64,000 bases of DNA from an uncultured Candidatus Saccharibacteria bacterium (GTDB lineage Bacteria; Patescibacteriota; Minisyncoccia; Phycocordibacterales; JACOZG01). The notes beneath the pieces were generated by a model. That model was not told the origin of the DNA and made no database searches. It worked only from the letters and a program-made list of their open reading frames with translations. Location of the stretch: contig CAYNPK010000001.1 in NCBI GenBank assembly GCA_964399075.1, forward strand, positions 160,961-224,960. Reading direction: 5' to 3'. This document shows, in pieces, positions 1-11,148 of this stretch. The first letter of the stretch is position 1, and every line of letters begins with the position of its first letter. Made by a program: the position numbers and the translations under genes.

Positions 1-35
1 GAAAATTTGTTTTTAGCGGGAATCCCGATCAATTA

Positions 36-1469
36 ATGATTTTCTGGAAAAATAAAGATTATGGAGCGGTTGAAGATATTGGCGGAATTTCTGATGAAGA
101 AGGGGGGAATATTTTTCGCTTTGGCCCCATCGATGGACACGGATTTGTTGATAGAAAGAAAATCGAAGGTCTATTTAAACAACTAGAAGGTAAAGTGGCG
201 AGCAAGAAACACGCCGCTGAAAACGCTCAAAAATTAAGCGAAATTCGAGAACAACTGGGAATTCAACAAGAGACTTTGGTTACTCCACAAGTTGTTGAGA
301 CTATTCCGGTTGTGCCAGAACAACAAGAGAATCGAAACGAAAATCAACTAGGGCGAGAAAATATCTTTGACAGAATCAAAGCAAAACAGATTGTAGATGT
401 TGCGAAAGATTGGGTAAAATATGGTGGTAATTTTTACGACCATCTTACAGGCAAAAATGTGAAATTGGAGAAAGGCGTTGATTATAAAGTCAATCCTGAC
501 GGAACACCAGATATGACAAGTTTTCGTGAAGCTCGTCAGAAAAAAATTGATGCCTGGCTTCAAGAGCCTGGTAATCAGGCATGGATTGTTGCCGGATCAA
601 AATTTGAGCAAGATCACAAACAAGAACTTAGGGAAGGACAAGAAATAGTGGCAATACGACAACTAGACGGAACTGTGGTCCAAAAAGAAAGATACACAAC
701 ACCTTATTTTTACGAAAATAATTGGCTTTATTATGAATCGAATTATTTTGATAAACAAAAGGGTGAATTGTGCCAACCCGATCGAGAATCTACAAAATAT
801 CGCATCTATTTTAATCTTGAAGGTGGCGACATTTTACCAACATACCAAGAAATTATCGACCAATTAAACAATGACCCTGACTTACGAAAACTTGGTTTCC
901 AAATTAAGACTGTCGATGTATCAAGAGTAAGCCCACAAGAAATTGGGCAGATAATGAATCAAAAGGACAGGATAATCCTGTATCTTGGCAAAGAAGGGAT
1001 GGGTAAGGCTCTGCCTATTTTACAAAAATACGCCGAACAAAACAAACAAAAATTTAATCGAGAAGGCGTTTTACTTGCTCAGCCTCTTATAGATAGCCAA
1101 GGGCAGGAAATTCCAGGAATCACGATAACATCTGAGACAAGGGGGCGTTCACCCGATCCAGCGCAATTTGCCAGGGAGTACAAGTCATTCAACGATATGC
1201 AAAGCAAAATTATCGAATCTTCTTTCCGCTCACTAATTACGGCACTTAAAAATCCAAAAACACTTGAAGAAATATCGGCCAGATATCCAACAATGAAAGA
1301 TGGTCTATCGAAACTTCCAACCACCGCCTCACAAGAAGATTTTATAAGAGAAATTTTGGCCGACCCGAACGGAGAAGAATTTCTAACGAAAAATTTGCAA
1401 GCAATATACCCTCAATGGGCCAGAGCATTTGGTGTTAAAGAGAGGAATATCGCTTTCAAAGAAGGATAA
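36..1469 (+). CDS. Hypothetical protein with HopA1-effector-like C-terminal domain (probably 5'-truncated by the window edge)
   Basis: Frame is open back to the window start. C-half motifs YRIYFNL...GFQIK...KDRIILYL...QPL...PGI...SF resemble the HopA1-family pattern. Confidence 0.55.
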   Translation: MIFWKNKDYGAVEDIGGISDEEGGNIFRFGPIDGHGFVDRKKIEGLFKQLEGKVASKKHAAENAQKLSEIREQLGIQQETLVTPQVVETIPVVPEQQENRNENQLGRENIFDRIKAKQIVDVAKDWVKYGGNFYDHLTGKNVKLEKGVDYKVNPDGTPDMTSFREARQKKIDAWLQEPGNQAWIVAGSKFEQDHKQELREGQEIVAIRQLDGTVVQKERYTTPYFYENNWLYYESNYFDKQKGELCQPDRESTKYRIYFNLEGGDILPTYQEIIDQLNNDPDLRKLGFQIKTVDVSRVSPQEIGQIMNQKDRIILYLGKEGMGKALPILQKYAEQNKQKFNREGVLLAQPLIDSQGQEIPGITITSETRGRSPDPAQFAREYKSFNDMQSKIIESSFRSLITALKNPKTLEEISARYPTMKDGLSKLPTTASQEDFIREILADPNGEEFLTKNLQAIYPQWARAFGVKERNIAFKEG

Positions 1470-1481
1470 AGCCGGTAAACG

Positions 1482-2276
1482 CTAACTCCCAAAGGTCATA
1501 AAATTGGAACTTTCATATTTTCTAGTTGCGCGGTTAAATATATTGATTGAAATAATAAACCAAAATATTGCAAGAACGCCAACCAACAAAAGTTTTCCTA
1601 GAGAAATATCCCTAACTATTTCAACTGGTAAAGCCCCAACCAAAAGTGACGGAATGGCGAATGTAAAAATAAATCTCATCACTCCCTGGAAAGCACCGCC
1701 ATGGAATAGCGAGGGAGTTAAAAATAACTCAAAAAGACTTCCTGTTACAGAATTAGCGTCGGTGAAGAAAAAACTCGTTGAATAAATTGCTATTGCTGCC
1801 GACAAAAACACAATCGTGGAAACAAGAATCAGTAATGCTATCAGAAGAATCTGATAAATAGTTGCATGAATAAGAAAAGCATAAATTCCCAAACAGACAA
1901 GTCCAAAAACGATATCGCCAAGAGCCGAAACACCAAACGACGACGTAGCAATTCTGACGAGTAGATTTTTTGGCGAAAGCATAAAGCGATCGAATACCCC
2001 GATTGCAACATGATCGGCAAGTTTTCTGATTCCCGCTCCTACTGAAAATACAATGCCGAAACACAGAGCAACGAAGCCTTGCAAGCCAATAATATCAGCA
2101 ACAGTCCAACCGCCAATAACGCCAACAGATTTCACAAAAAATCCCCACAAAATTAGAAAAGCTGCATTGTTGATACTCATTCCAACAATGTTCATTAGAA
2201 AACTGGTGCGAAGTTCCGCACTACTTTGGATATTCTTTTTTATTGCGTATAAGGCGAAATATAATTCTTTCATCAT
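1482..2276 (-). CDS. ABC-2 family (DUF990-type) transporter permease
   Basis: About 6 hydrophobic segments; GVFDRFMLSPKN motif; same operon as an ABC ATPase. Confidence 0.85.
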   Translation of the reverse strand: MMKELYFALYAIKKNIQSSAELRTSFLMNIVGMSINNAAFLILWGFFVKSVGVIGGWTVADIIGLQGFVALCFGIVFSVGAGIRKLADHVAIGVFDRFMLSPKNLLVRIATSSFGVSALGDIVFGLVCLGIYAFLIHATIYQILLIALLILVSTIVFLSAAIAIYSTSFFFTDANSVTGSLFELFLTPSLFHGGAFQGVMRFIFTFAIPSLLVGALPVEIVRDISLGKLLLVGVLAIFWFIISINIFNRATRKYESSNFMTFGS

Positions 2277-2280
2277 AAAA

Positions 2281-3081
2281 TTATCCTCCGTTTACTGAGA
2301 CTTTTTGTTTTGCTTTTTCAAACATAAAATAAACGACCAATCCAAGTAAGACAACCCAAAACAATTGGATACCAACAAGTTGATACCAGTTTGTTTGCCA
2401 AGTTTCGTAAACTGTGTGCGTTATAAACTGCGAAGCACCGAAAGGACTCCACAAAGCAATCTTAAACATAAATGCTGGAAACAGAGCAACAGGGAGATAC
2501 GATCCACCAAGAATCATGATGGCCTTATCGACAATCCAAAAAACTGGATTGATGTCCTCTATCCAAAAAGACAAAAGACCAACAACTGTATATAAAAACA
2601 AGGAAAGAAATATCCCACAAATGAAAGCCAAAATGAATGTTGGGATAAAAAGGCCAATCATCATCGTTGATGGAAAACCAATAATAAAAAACAGCGCGGC
2701 TACAGCCAATAATGTTATGACAGCAAAAGAGTATAGACCAGAACCGATCTGCCACCATATTCGATACGATAGATAAGAAATTGGCTTACTAAACAACACT
2801 TCAACATTTCCAGTTTGAATATCTCTCATGATTTCCCTAGAAATGTCACGCAATCTAAATACCGAAAATGAGAAATAGAAAAAAATACTCCACGCGGCAA
2901 AAAGAAAAGTCGTGTTATTTATGACACCATCATTTAATTGAAAAACATGCCAATATAAAATTAGCAGTATTCCACATCGCGCGATGACACCAACGGTATC
3001 CACAACAAGTCTACCGGGATATTGAATCCGATCCTTAATGAGCGTCTTTAGTATCTTAGTTGCTAGTCGAATCTCTTTCAT
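2281..3081 (-). CDS. ABC-2 family (DUF990-type) transporter permease
   Basis: Multi-TM; DIQTGNVEVLFSKPISY and LGGSYLPVALFP motifs. Confidence 0.85.
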   Translation of the reverse strand: MKEIRLATKILKTLIKDRIQYPGRLVVDTVGVIARCGILLILYWHVFQLNDGVINNTTFLFAAWSIFFYFSFSVFRLRDISREIMRDIQTGNVEVLFSKPISYLSYRIWWQIGSGLYSFAVITLLAVAALFFIIGFPSTMMIGLFIPTFILAFICGIFLSLFLYTVVGLLSFWIEDINPVFWIVDKAIMILGGSYLPVALFPAFMFKIALWSPFGASQFITHTVYETWQTNWYQLVGIQLFWVVLLGLVVYFMFEKAKQKVSVNGG

Positions 3082-4054
3082 AAATATGCCTAATTACTGC
3101 TTCGAGGCTAGCGTTATACACATCAATGTCTTCGACTTCAAACAGGTCAAGCAATTTTTTTAAAGATTCCTGAACAGTGATTTTGTTAATATCAACAACG
3201 ACAGTAATTTTATTTTTGTCTTGTGAAAAATAACGCATGCCTTCTGGGAGTTCCGGAAAATTATTAAACTTGCTTAGCGCGATAAGATCGATATGTTTTT
3301 CATAAACAAAAGTCTTTGCCAAATCTTGCGTAGGCAAATCTCTTATCACCACCCCGTGATTGATAATTATTGTCCTGTCGCAAAGAGATTCGATGTCGCC
3401 GACATCGTGAGAAGTTAAGAAAATTGTCGTATTTTCTTCCTTGTTTATTTTGAGCAACAAATCGCGAAGCAACTTCTTTGCCACGACATCAAGCCCAATT
3501 GTTGGTTCATCGAGAAGGATAATTTTTGGTTTATGAATTAAAGAAGCAGCAACTTCTGCTCGCATACGTTGACCAAGTGAGAGCTTACGTACCGGCTGAG
3601 TGATAAATGGCCCGAGGTCAAAAAGGCTAACAAGTTCAGTAATTCTCTTCTTGATTTCTTTTTCAGGCAAATCATACATTACACCAAAGAATTCGAGTGA
3701 ATCTGTTATTGGTAAATTTGGCAGAAGTTGCGAACGCTGACCAAAAACTGTGCCAATTTGATAAGCAAGCTTCTTTCTATCTTTTGTTGGATCAAAACCA
3801 AGAATATTTACTTTCCCCGAAGTTGGAAAAAGTATACCAGTGAGCATTTTGATTGTGGTAGATTTACCTGCCCCATTAGGACCAATGAACGCTATGCGTT
3901 CACCATGTTTGACCGAAAAAGAAATATCATTAACCGCTACGATTTCTTTAGTTTCAGGCGAGAGTAAATTTTTCAACCAACTCGAAGACGCGTTTCTTGT
4001 GGGGAAAGAAAACTTCTTTGTTAGGTTTGATACTGTAATAGAAACCGAGGACAT
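3056..4054 (-). CDS. ABC transporter ATP-binding protein
   Basis: Walker A GPNGAGKST, signature LSLGQ, Walker B ILLDEPT, H-loop SHD. Confidence 0.95.
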   Translation of the reverse strand: MSSVSITVSNLTKKFSFPTRNASSSWLKNLLSPETKEIVAVNDISFSVKHGERIAFIGPNGAGKSTTIKMLTGILFPTSGKVNILGFDPTKDRKKLAYQIGTVFGQRSQLLPNLPITDSLEFFGVMYDLPEKEIKKRITELVSLFDLGPFITQPVRKLSLGQRMRAEVAASLIHKPKIILLDEPTIGLDVVAKKLLRDLLLKINKEENTTIFLTSHDVGDIESLCDRTIIINHGVVIRDLPTQDLAKTFVYEKHIDLIALSKFNNFPELPEGMRYFSQDKNKITVVVDINKITVQESLKKLLDLFEVEDIDVYNASLEAVIRHIYERDSTSN

Positions 4055-4066
4055 GGTCTAGTCTAC

Positions 4067-6775
4067 CTACTTCCGAGAGCCGGAGGGTGAGACTATTTTA
4101 GTTTTGAGAGTTCCGCGGTGCGAACTGCGAAAAGTTTTCTTGATATCTATCGTCAATTGACCATTCTTCATTTCCACACTCAAGACTCCCCCGCTCTCAA
4201 TCCGACGCGCGATGATAAATTCGGCGATGAGATTAAGAATTTTGTTTTGAATTAGACGCTTGAGCGGACGCACGCCGTACTCGGCACTGAAACCTTCCTT
4301 GGCGAGATAGTCAACCACGGCCGGCGAGACTTCCAGCTCAATATTTTTCACCTTCAAGCGCTCACTGACCAGACGAAGTTGGATATCAACAATTTCTCTA
4401 ATCACCACCTGGTCAAGCGGATTGAAAATGATAATATCATCCAGGCGATTAAGAAATTCGGGACGGAAGTGTTGTTTAAGAGTCTCCATAATTCGCGATT
4501 TGGTTTCCTCAAATTGACCGAGAACATTGGGCGTGGAAGCAAAACCAATTCTCTGCCAACGCATCATGTACTCACTCCCAAGATTAGAAGTAAGCATAAT
4601 GATTGTGTTTTTGAAGTTGACAGTGCGACCCTTGGCGTCAGTCAGACGGCCGTTGTCTAGAACTTGCAGGAGAATATTGAAGACTTCCGGATGAGCCTTC
4701 TCAATCTCATCAAACAAGAGCACGGCATAAGGACGATGACGAACCGTCTCCGTTAGAGAACCACCTTCTTCGTAGCCGACATAACCGGGTGGCGAGCCAA
4801 TCATTTTAGAAATAGAATATTTCTCCATGTACTCCGACATATCAATTCGCACCAGAGCCTTCTCGTCATCAAACATAAAGGAGGCTAAACTCTTAGCCAG
4901 TTCCGTCTTGCCCACACCGGTAGGGCCCAAGAGAATAAATGAGCCAATCGGTTTATCAGGGTCGCCCACACCGGCGCGCGAGCGCTTGACCGCTTCAGTG
5001 ATTTTGCGAATCGCCTCGTCTTGACCACGAACGCGTTTACGAATCTCATCCTCAATCCGACCGAGTTTTTCCGATTCGGACTCCAACATCCGTGTGACCG
5101 GCACATGAGTCCAACGCGCCACTACTTTAGCAATATCCTCATCAGTAATCTGCTCCTTAAGCAAACGACGAGAACTTTGCAATTTTTTCAGCTTGCTCTC
5201 GCGAGACTTTAATTGCTTTTCTAATTCCGGAATTTGACCATAGCGAATTTCCGCCGCTCGAGAGAGATCAGCTCGTAATTCTGCCTGCTCGGCCTCAGAA
5301 CGCAGTTGTTCCAAATTTCGCTTCGATTCTTTCAATTCATTGAGAATTTGCTTTTCGTTTTTCCAACGTAATTCCAGTTCACCGACTGACTCGCGCCTGT
5401 CGCTGATTTCTGCTTCAATTTTTTTGATTCTTGCTTTAGCTTTCTTATCATCATTCTCGCTAACCTCTTTCTTAAGCGCCTCCTTTTCCACTTCCAGATG
5501 CATAATAGCCGCATCAGCGTCACCCAAAGTTTGAGGCTTGTTCTCCAGCTGGAGACGCAAGGCCGAAGCTGATTCGTCAATTAAATCAATCGCCTTGTCC
5601 GGCAAGAAGCGATCACTGATATAGCGACTAGAGAGATTGACTGCTGCCACGATCGCCCCATCGGTAATATGAATCCCGTGATGAGATTCGTACTTACTCT
5701 TCAAACCTCGCAAAATAGTGATCGCATCCTCAATGCTCGGCTCCTCCACATAAACCGGTTGGAAACGACGTGTTAGAGCTTGGTCTCGTTCAATGTGTTT
5801 CTGGTATTCTTTAATCGTCGTGGCGCCAATCGCTCGCAACTCACCACGCGCCAGTGGTGGCTTCAACATATTAGCGGCGTCAATAGCCCCTTCAGCAGCG
5901 CCAGCGCCAATAATTGTGTGAATTTCATCAATAAACAAAATAATTTTATTATTCGCCTTCTCAATTTCTTTCAAAACGTTTTTTAAACGTTCTTCAAATT
6001 CACCACGATACTTGGTCCCAGCCACCAATAAACCAATATCAAGCGAGACCAGATCCTTGTCGCGCAAAGAATCCGGAACATCACCCTTGGCAATCTTGAT
6101 TGCCAGACCTTCCGCAATAGCGGTCTTGCCCACACCCGCTTCGCCAATCAAGATTGGATTATTTTTCGTCCGACGAGAGAGAATCTCCATCACTCGTTGA
6201 ATTTCTTCTTCGCGACCGATGACCGGATCCAATTTATCTTCACGAGCCATCGTCGTTAAATTCTTAGTAAATTTTTCCAACATCTTCATTCGACGAGGTT
6301 GTTCCAATTCCGGCCCCCCGGGAGATTGACGCAAGTCCTGGACCACCTTCAAGACGCGATCTTTGGTGACTCTAAAGCGCTGAAGAATTTCATTGCCTTG
6401 GTTGGGCGTTTCTAGGAGAGCCAGGATCAAATGCTCACTGGAGACAAATTCATCGCCTAGATTAGTAGCAATCTTCCCTGCTGTGTCGAAAACTCGTACT
6501 AAATCCGGAGTAAGATAAATTTGGTATGAAGCAGAGACAGTCGCTCCGCCCTCATGACCACTATCGAGACTATCGATAACATAATCAGACAACATCACGG
6601 CATCAACTTCGATTTTATCAAGAATAGACAAGAAGACACTTTCTTCTTGGAGTAAGAGCGCCGCTAATAAGTGGAGTGGATTGACCTGATTTTGGCCACG
6701 CTCAATAGCCAATTCGTGAGTCTTACGAATAACTTCTTTGGCTTTAGCGGTAAAATTTGAAAATGGTGGTGGCAT
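4067..6775 (-). CDS. clpB: ATP-dependent chaperone ClpB
   Basis: Clp N domain, two AAA+ modules ([16 protein letters not shown]), long coiled-coil M domain with [14 protein letters not shown]. Confidence 0.95.
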   Translation of the reverse strand: MPPPFSNFTAKAKEVIRKTHELAIERGQNQVNPLHLLAALLLQEESVFLSILDKIEVDAVMLSDYVIDSLDSGHEGGATVSASYQIYLTPDLVRVFDTAGKIATNLGDEFVSSEHLILALLETPNQGNEILQRFRVTKDRVLKVVQDLRQSPGGPELEQPRRMKMLEKFTKNLTTMAREDKLDPVIGREEEIQRVMEILSRRTKNNPILIGEAGVGKTAIAEGLAIKIAKGDVPDSLRDKDLVSLDIGLLVAGTKYRGEFEERLKNVLKEIEKANNKIILFIDEIHTIIGAGAAEGAIDAANMLKPPLARGELRAIGATTIKEYQKHIERDQALTRRFQPVYVEEPSIEDAITILRGLKSKYESHHGIHITDGAIVAAVNLSSRYISDRFLPDKAIDLIDESASALRLQLENKPQTLGDADAAIMHLEVEKEALKKEVSENDDKKAKARIKKIEAEISDRRESVGELELRWKNEKQILNELKESKRNLEQLRSEAEQAELRADLSRAAEIRYGQIPELEKQLKSRESKLKKLQSSRRLLKEQITDEDIAKVVARWTHVPVTRMLESESEKLGRIEDEIRKRVRGQDEAIRKITEAVKRSRAGVGDPDKPIGSFILLGPTGVGKTELAKSLASFMFDDEKALVRIDMSEYMEKYSISKMIGSPPGYVGYEEGGSLTETVRHRPYAVLLFDEIEKAHPEVFNILLQVLDNGRLTDAKGRTVNFKNTIIMLTSNLGSEYMMRWQRIGFASTPNVLGQFEETKSRIMETLKQHFRPEFLNRLDDIIIFNPLDQVVIREIVDIQLRLVSERLKVKNIELEVSPAVVDYLAKEGFSAEYGVRPLKRLIQNKILNLIAEFIIARRIESGGVLSVEMKNGQLTIDIKKTFRSSHRGTLKTKIVSPSGSRK

Positions 6776-6784
6776 ATAATTTAT

Positions 6785-7582
6785 TTATTCAATAATGCTA
6801 TTAATTAATTCTCTAATCGACCCGACGGCCAAGGCTAAACCAAGAGTTTGATTAATACCAACAATTTTGCCTTGAGTATTGAGCACTGGTCCGCCTCTAT
6901 TCTGATCAGTGACCGCCGTGGTCTGAACCAAAATAATATCAGACGAAGCCTCAGCCTCAAGCGGTGTAAGCGAGGAGACGACACCACCGGTGGCAGTAAT
7001 TAAATTATCTTCATTAACACCAAAAGCGATAACGGTTTGTCCGGGTAAAATGTCAGTTTCCGCCAAACTAAAACCGGCTAATCCCTCCGGAACTGCTCCC
7101 TCAATCTTAAGTAGAGCAATATCGTGATCAGTGGAAACTTTCATTAATTTGGCCGTTAGTTCATTACCACCAGCGATGACAACTTTGTATTCTTGTCCAA
7201 CTACCAAACGCGGAAGTAATTTAGCAACAGTAACTAAAAATCCAGCTGGCTGAATCAAGACAGCGCTACCTAAAATTTTACCCCTATCATCAGCAATTTG
7301 AGCAACTCCACTACTGGCAGTCTCGATTACTTTAGCAACCAAATCATCTTGATTGACAGTAACCGGAACCGTAATTGGCACCTCCTTAACAATAATCTGC
7401 TCTTGAGGTTCTCCCGGGACTACCTTCTCCACCGTTCGCTCCACCACGCGGTTGATTGTTTGAGTCACACCCGGTGGCGCCTGATCCATTAAGGTTACAG
7501 TCACAATGCCAGTGGCAATTGAGGTCACGAAACTGACCAATAAAGCCAACAAAATCATCTGACTTTTGTTCATATCCTCCAT
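6785..7582 (-). CDS. Membrane-anchored trypsin-like (HtrA/S1C-fold) protein with degenerate catalytic triad
   Basis: N-terminal TM. GFLVTVAKLL, DIALLKI and NRGGPVLN align to HtrA TNAHVV, DLALLK and NSGGPL. Start placed at MEDM (7582). Confidence 0.75.
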   Translation of the reverse strand: MEDMNKSQMILLALLVSFVTSIATGIVTVTLMDQAPPGVTQTINRVVERTVEKVVPGEPQEQIIVKEVPITVPVTVNQDDLVAKVIETASSGVAQIADDRGKILGSAVLIQPAGFLVTVAKLLPRLVVGQEYKVVIAGGNELTAKLMKVSTDHDIALLKIEGAVPEGLAGFSLAETDILPGQTVIAFGVNEDNLITATGGVVSSLTPLEAEASSDIILVQTTAVTDQNRGGPVLNTQGKIVGINQTLGLALAVGSIRELINSIIE

Positions 7583-7623
7583 AACCTCAATATACAATAT
7601 TAGTGACTAACAAGCAATACTAA

Positions 7624-8220
7624 TTAAGCCACGATATTTCGCTCTATTTCATCCCAATTAATCACCTTGAAGAAGGCTTCGAGATACTCCGCCCGACGGT
7701 TCTGGTACTTAAGATAATAAGCGTGCTCCCAAACATCAACACCCAAAATGATTTTGGCACCCTGACTGACAGGCGTGTCTTGATTGCCGGTACTTATGAT
7801 CTCAAATTTACCATCTTTCACTGCCAACCAGACCCAACCAGAACCAAAATGGTTTAGGGCACTAGCGATGAATTTAGCTTGGAAGTCTTCCAGACCGCCG
7901 AAATGCTCATCAAGCATAGTAATCGTCTGCTCTCTTGGCTCGGTTTTTTCCCCCGTTAACATTGTCCAAAACAAACTATGGTTGAGGTGACCACCGCCGT
8001 GATTACGCACGGCTAATCTAATATCCTCCGGCACTGTTTCTAATTTACTCATCAATTCTTCAATTTTCAATTGAGCCAGGTCCGGATATTTCTCTAGCGC
8101 GATGTTTAATTTATCAATGTAAGCTTGGTGATGTTTAAGGTGATGAATCCGCATCGTCTCCTCATCAAGGTGCGGTTCCAAGTCACTATATTTGTATGGC
8201 AAATTTGGTAATTGATGCAT
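7624..8220 (-). CDS. sodA: Fe/Mn superoxide dismutase
   Basis: HHLKHH, NHGGGHLNH, FGSGW and DVWEHAYY motifs; GGGH suggests Mn type. Confidence 0.93.
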   Translation of the reverse strand: MHQLPNLPYKYSDLEPHLDEETMRIHHLKHHQAYIDKLNIALEKYPDLAQLKIEELMSKLETVPEDIRLAVRNHGGGHLNHSLFWTMLTGEKTEPREQTITMLDEHFGGLEDFQAKFIASALNHFGSGWVWLAVKDGKFEIISTGNQDTPVSQGAKIILGVDVWEHAYYLKYQNRRAEYLEAFFKVINWDEIERNIVA

Positions 8221-8238
8221 GTATATATTTTAGCACAA

Positions 8239-9159
8239 TCAGTCGAGAAATTTAAAAGTGGAAAGAATTTGCTTTATTTCTGAACTCCGAGCACATTGGA
8301 AAACATCAAGTTGAGCGCATTCAGGAAAATAGTTAGTATCAGACAAAAAATAAAATCTATCATTTTTGGCAAAAGCCAAATCTGGATACTTAGCTCTCAC
8401 TGAATCATTTTTAGGATCTTCCCACTCAACCAAAGTCTTAACCGTAATATTCAAACTACATATTGAGAGGGCAGGAACAGGGCGATCAAATTTAAAACAA
8501 ATTGTGTCTCCATCATGATTTACTTGATAGTTCGTCCAAGTTAAGGGAAATTCTAACTCAAACCCATACTCTTCGTTACGATAAGTTTGCCAATCGGCAG
8601 TTTCATCTTTGTCGATAGATTGAAAAGTGGATATTATTTGTTCTCCAATCTTGTACTCATCTGTTGTCCTTTTGATAGATTCGTCTAAAGCAAGATTCCA
8701 CCAAGATTGTTTACTGAGCTGATCGCTTCCGAAATCACCATAAGAAGTGATATTGTGATCAGGACCATCACCACCAGGCCAAAATAAAATACGGTAGGTG
8801 ACTGGCACCCCTTCGTATCCTGGCAAATCTACACGGCTAGGACTTTCGATGTTAATCCTAAGATATTGAATATCATTATCCGTACCACTGTTATCGGCAA
8901 ATTTCCAATCAGTCGGGTATTTTAACTCAAACCCGTACTCCTCGTTGCGATAGGTTTGCCAATCGGCTGGAACCTCATCGGCAGGTCGCGTGGCCAAACT
9001 ACCGGGACCGATGGTGGTAAAAATTTGATAAAAATAATACCCGCCAGCAATGAGTAGTAAGATGACAATAAGCAACACCATCCAAATCAAGGTGTGTTTT
9101 CTTTTCACTGGAGCTTGTTCTTGATTTAAGTTGGTAAATTGATTTTCGTTGTTGTCCAT
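8239..9159 (-). CDS. Membrane-anchored extracellular protein with two PsbP-like repeats
   Basis: N-terminal TM; ADWQTYRNEEYGFEL(K/E)(Y/F)P occurs twice. Confidence 0.7.
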   Translation of the reverse strand: MDNNENQFTNLNQEQAPVKRKHTLIWMVLLIVILLLIAGGYYFYQIFTTIGPGSLATRPADEVPADWQTYRNEEYGFELKYPTDWKFADNSGTDNDIQYLRINIESPSRVDLPGYEGVPVTYRILFWPGGDGPDHNITSYGDFGSDQLSKQSWWNLALDESIKRTTDEYKIGEQIISTFQSIDKDETADWQTYRNEEYGFELEFPLTWTNYQVNHDGDTICFKFDRPVPALSICSLNITVKTLVEWEDPKNDSVRAKYPDLAFAKNDRFYFLSDTNYFPECAQLDVFQCARSSEIKQILSTFKFLD

Positions 9160-9169
9160 GATTAATACA

Positions 9170-9487
9170 TTATTTTGTTAAACCTACTTTGCGTTCTACT
9201 CTGGTCAATCTAAGTTTTACCTCGCTCATTTCTTTATCACCCAAAGCCATCACCTGAACTAGAGGCCCAAGCGCGCGCTTGATATCAGTCACATCGTCCT
9301 CAACCCTCTCGAAACGGTCAATGATTAATTTGAATCGTTTATTTGCAGTATCTTCGATCTTAGAAAATTTATCCTGAACATTGTTGAAGCCCTTAGCTGT
9401 GGCTCTGGCTAAAGAATCAATCAAATGCGCCAAATCTTCATTAGACACCTCTTTGTTTTTTACTTTCTTTTTCCCTTTTTCTTTCAT
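9170..9487 (-). CDS. Small coiled-coil hypothetical protein
   Basis: 105-aa ORF packed in the operon; heptad-like, ends RLTRVERKVG. Confidence 0.65.
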   Translation of the reverse strand: MKEKGKKKVKNKEVSNEDLAHLIDSLARATAKGFNNVQDKFSKIEDTANKRFKLIIDRFERVEDDVTDIKRALGPLVQVMALGDKEMSEVKLRLTRVERKVGLTK

Positions 9488-9494
9488 CCCGCTA

Positions 9495-10658
9495 TTATAC
9501 CCTACTTCTTAATTTTTTTAATATTGGTGGGATAACTTTTAACACATAATCAACATCGCGCGCTGTGACATCTCGGCCAAAAGTAAATCTAACCGACTGT
9601 TCCGCTCTCTCTCGACTTTGACCTAAGGCCATGACAACATGAGACTCGTTATGATCAGTGATAGAGCAAGCCGAGCCGGTGGAACAAGCCACGCCCTTGG
9701 CGTCTAATTCTATTACCAACTGCTCGGCTAAAATTCCATCGAAAGCGACATTAACATTGTTAGGTAAACGTTCAGTGGCGTCACCTTGCAGTGTCGTGCC
9801 GGACAATTTCAACAAGCCCGAAATTAAACGGTCGCGTAAAGGCGTTAGACGCGCCACTTCTCGTTCTCGGTGTTGTCTGGCTAATTCTAGAGCGCCGGCC
9901 AAACCAATAATACCAGCCACGTTCTCGGTGCCGGCGCGCCGACCGCGCTCTTGGCCACCGCCATAAATTAGCGGAACAATTGATACTCCCTCGCGGACAT
10001 ATAGAGCGCCAACCCCCTTAGGTCCGTACATTTTGGCAGCATTGATTGTCATCAGATCAACGCCTAAGCGCGCGACGTTTAGATCCAAAAAGCGCGTGGC
10101 CTGACAAGCGTCGGTGTGGAAATAAGGATAAATAGTTTTGAAATGTTTGCGATGGGAGCGAACAATTTTAGCCACGGCCCGCAATGGTTGGATAGTGCCA
10201 ATTTCATTATTGGCATACATCAGGGAAACCAATTTAGTTTCCGGATTCAACATTGATCGGAAAGCTTCCAGATCAATTAAACCATTGCCAAGCACTGGAA
10301 CGTAAGCAACCGGATTACCTGACGCTCCGCGAGCGCGACAAGGTGACAAGATAGAAGCGTGTTCAATGGTTGAGGTTAAAATTTGTCCGGAACCAATGGA
10401 CAAAGCTAAATTATTAGCTTCGGTGCCACTCCCGGTAAAGATAATTTCTTGAGGCCTAGCGCCAAGAACTTCCGCCACAAGCTGTCGCGCATTATTCAGG
10501 GCTTGACCGGCAGAAACCCCGCCAAAATGCAAACTAGAGGGGTTAGCAAACACTTGATCGAGATAAGGCAACATCGCCCGCTTGACCTTAAGGTCAAGCG
10601 GAGTGGCGGCGGCGGTGTCCCAATAAATGATTGATTTTTTTGCCATTTTGCCCTTCAT
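9495..10658 (-). CDS. iscS: Cysteine desulfurase (IscS/NifS group I)
   Basis: DTAAATP, ANPSS, ANNEIG, HTDACQA, AAKMYGPKG (PLP Lys), STGSAC (catalytic Cys). Start may be 10646. Confidence 0.92.
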   Translation of the reverse strand: MKGKMAKKSIIYWDTAAATPLDLKVKRAMLPYLDQVFANPSSLHFGGVSAGQALNNARQLVAEVLGARPQEIIFTGSGTEANNLALSIGSGQILTSTIEHASILSPCRARGASGNPVAYVPVLGNGLIDLEAFRSMLNPETKLVSLMYANNEIGTIQPLRAVAKIVRSHRKHFKTIYPYFHTDACQATRFLDLNVARLGVDLMTINAAKMYGPKGVGALYVREGVSIVPLIYGGGQERGRRAGTENVAGIIGLAGALELARQHREREVARLTPLRDRLISGLLKLSGTTLQGDATERLPNNVNVAFDGILAEQLVIELDAKGVACSTGSACSITDHNESHVVMALGQSRERAEQSVRFTFGRDVTARDVDYVLKVIPPILKKLRSRV

Positions 10659-10677
10659 AGGCTATGATAACTTAACT

Positions 10678-11130
10678 ATGGCACTGGATCAAACAACTAT
10701 CGCTTTCGGCTTGATTATTATCGCTCTATTGGTATCACTGATTTGGATTATTCGTTTAGAACTCCGCCTTAATCGTTTCTGGCGTGGTCGAGAAGGCGTC
10801 AATCTAGAATCGATTATTCTGAAGCTTAGACAAGAAGTTGAAACAGTAGATAAGACAAACAAAGAAATTCAAAAATACTTAATCGATATGGAAAGACGTT
10901 TGAAGCAAAGCGTTCAACATGTTAAAACAATTCGCTTCAACCCCTTCCGCGAGCAAGGTCAAGGGAGCAATCAGAGCTTCGCCACCGCGCTACTTGATGA
11001 GCAGGGCAATGGCACGGTTATCTCCACTCTGTACAGTCGCGACAAAGTTTCTGTTTACGCCAAGCCAATTAAAAACTATCATTCAGAATTCGAAATAACC
11101 GAAGAAGAAAAAATAGTTCTGGCTAAATAA
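10678..11130 (+). CDS. DUF4446 family membrane protein
   Basis: N-terminal TM, coiled coil, RFNPF...QSFATALLD...G...STLYSR...YAKPI. Confidence 0.8.
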   Translation: MALDQTTIAFGLIIIALLVSLIWIIRLELRLNRFWRGREGVNLESIILKLRQEVETVDKTNKEIQKYLIDMERRLKQSVQHVKTIRFNPFREQGQGSNQSFATALLDEQGNGTVISTLYSRDKVSVYAKPIKNYHSEFEITEEEKIVLAK

Positions 11131-11148
11131 GGCTAAATAATTATCATC

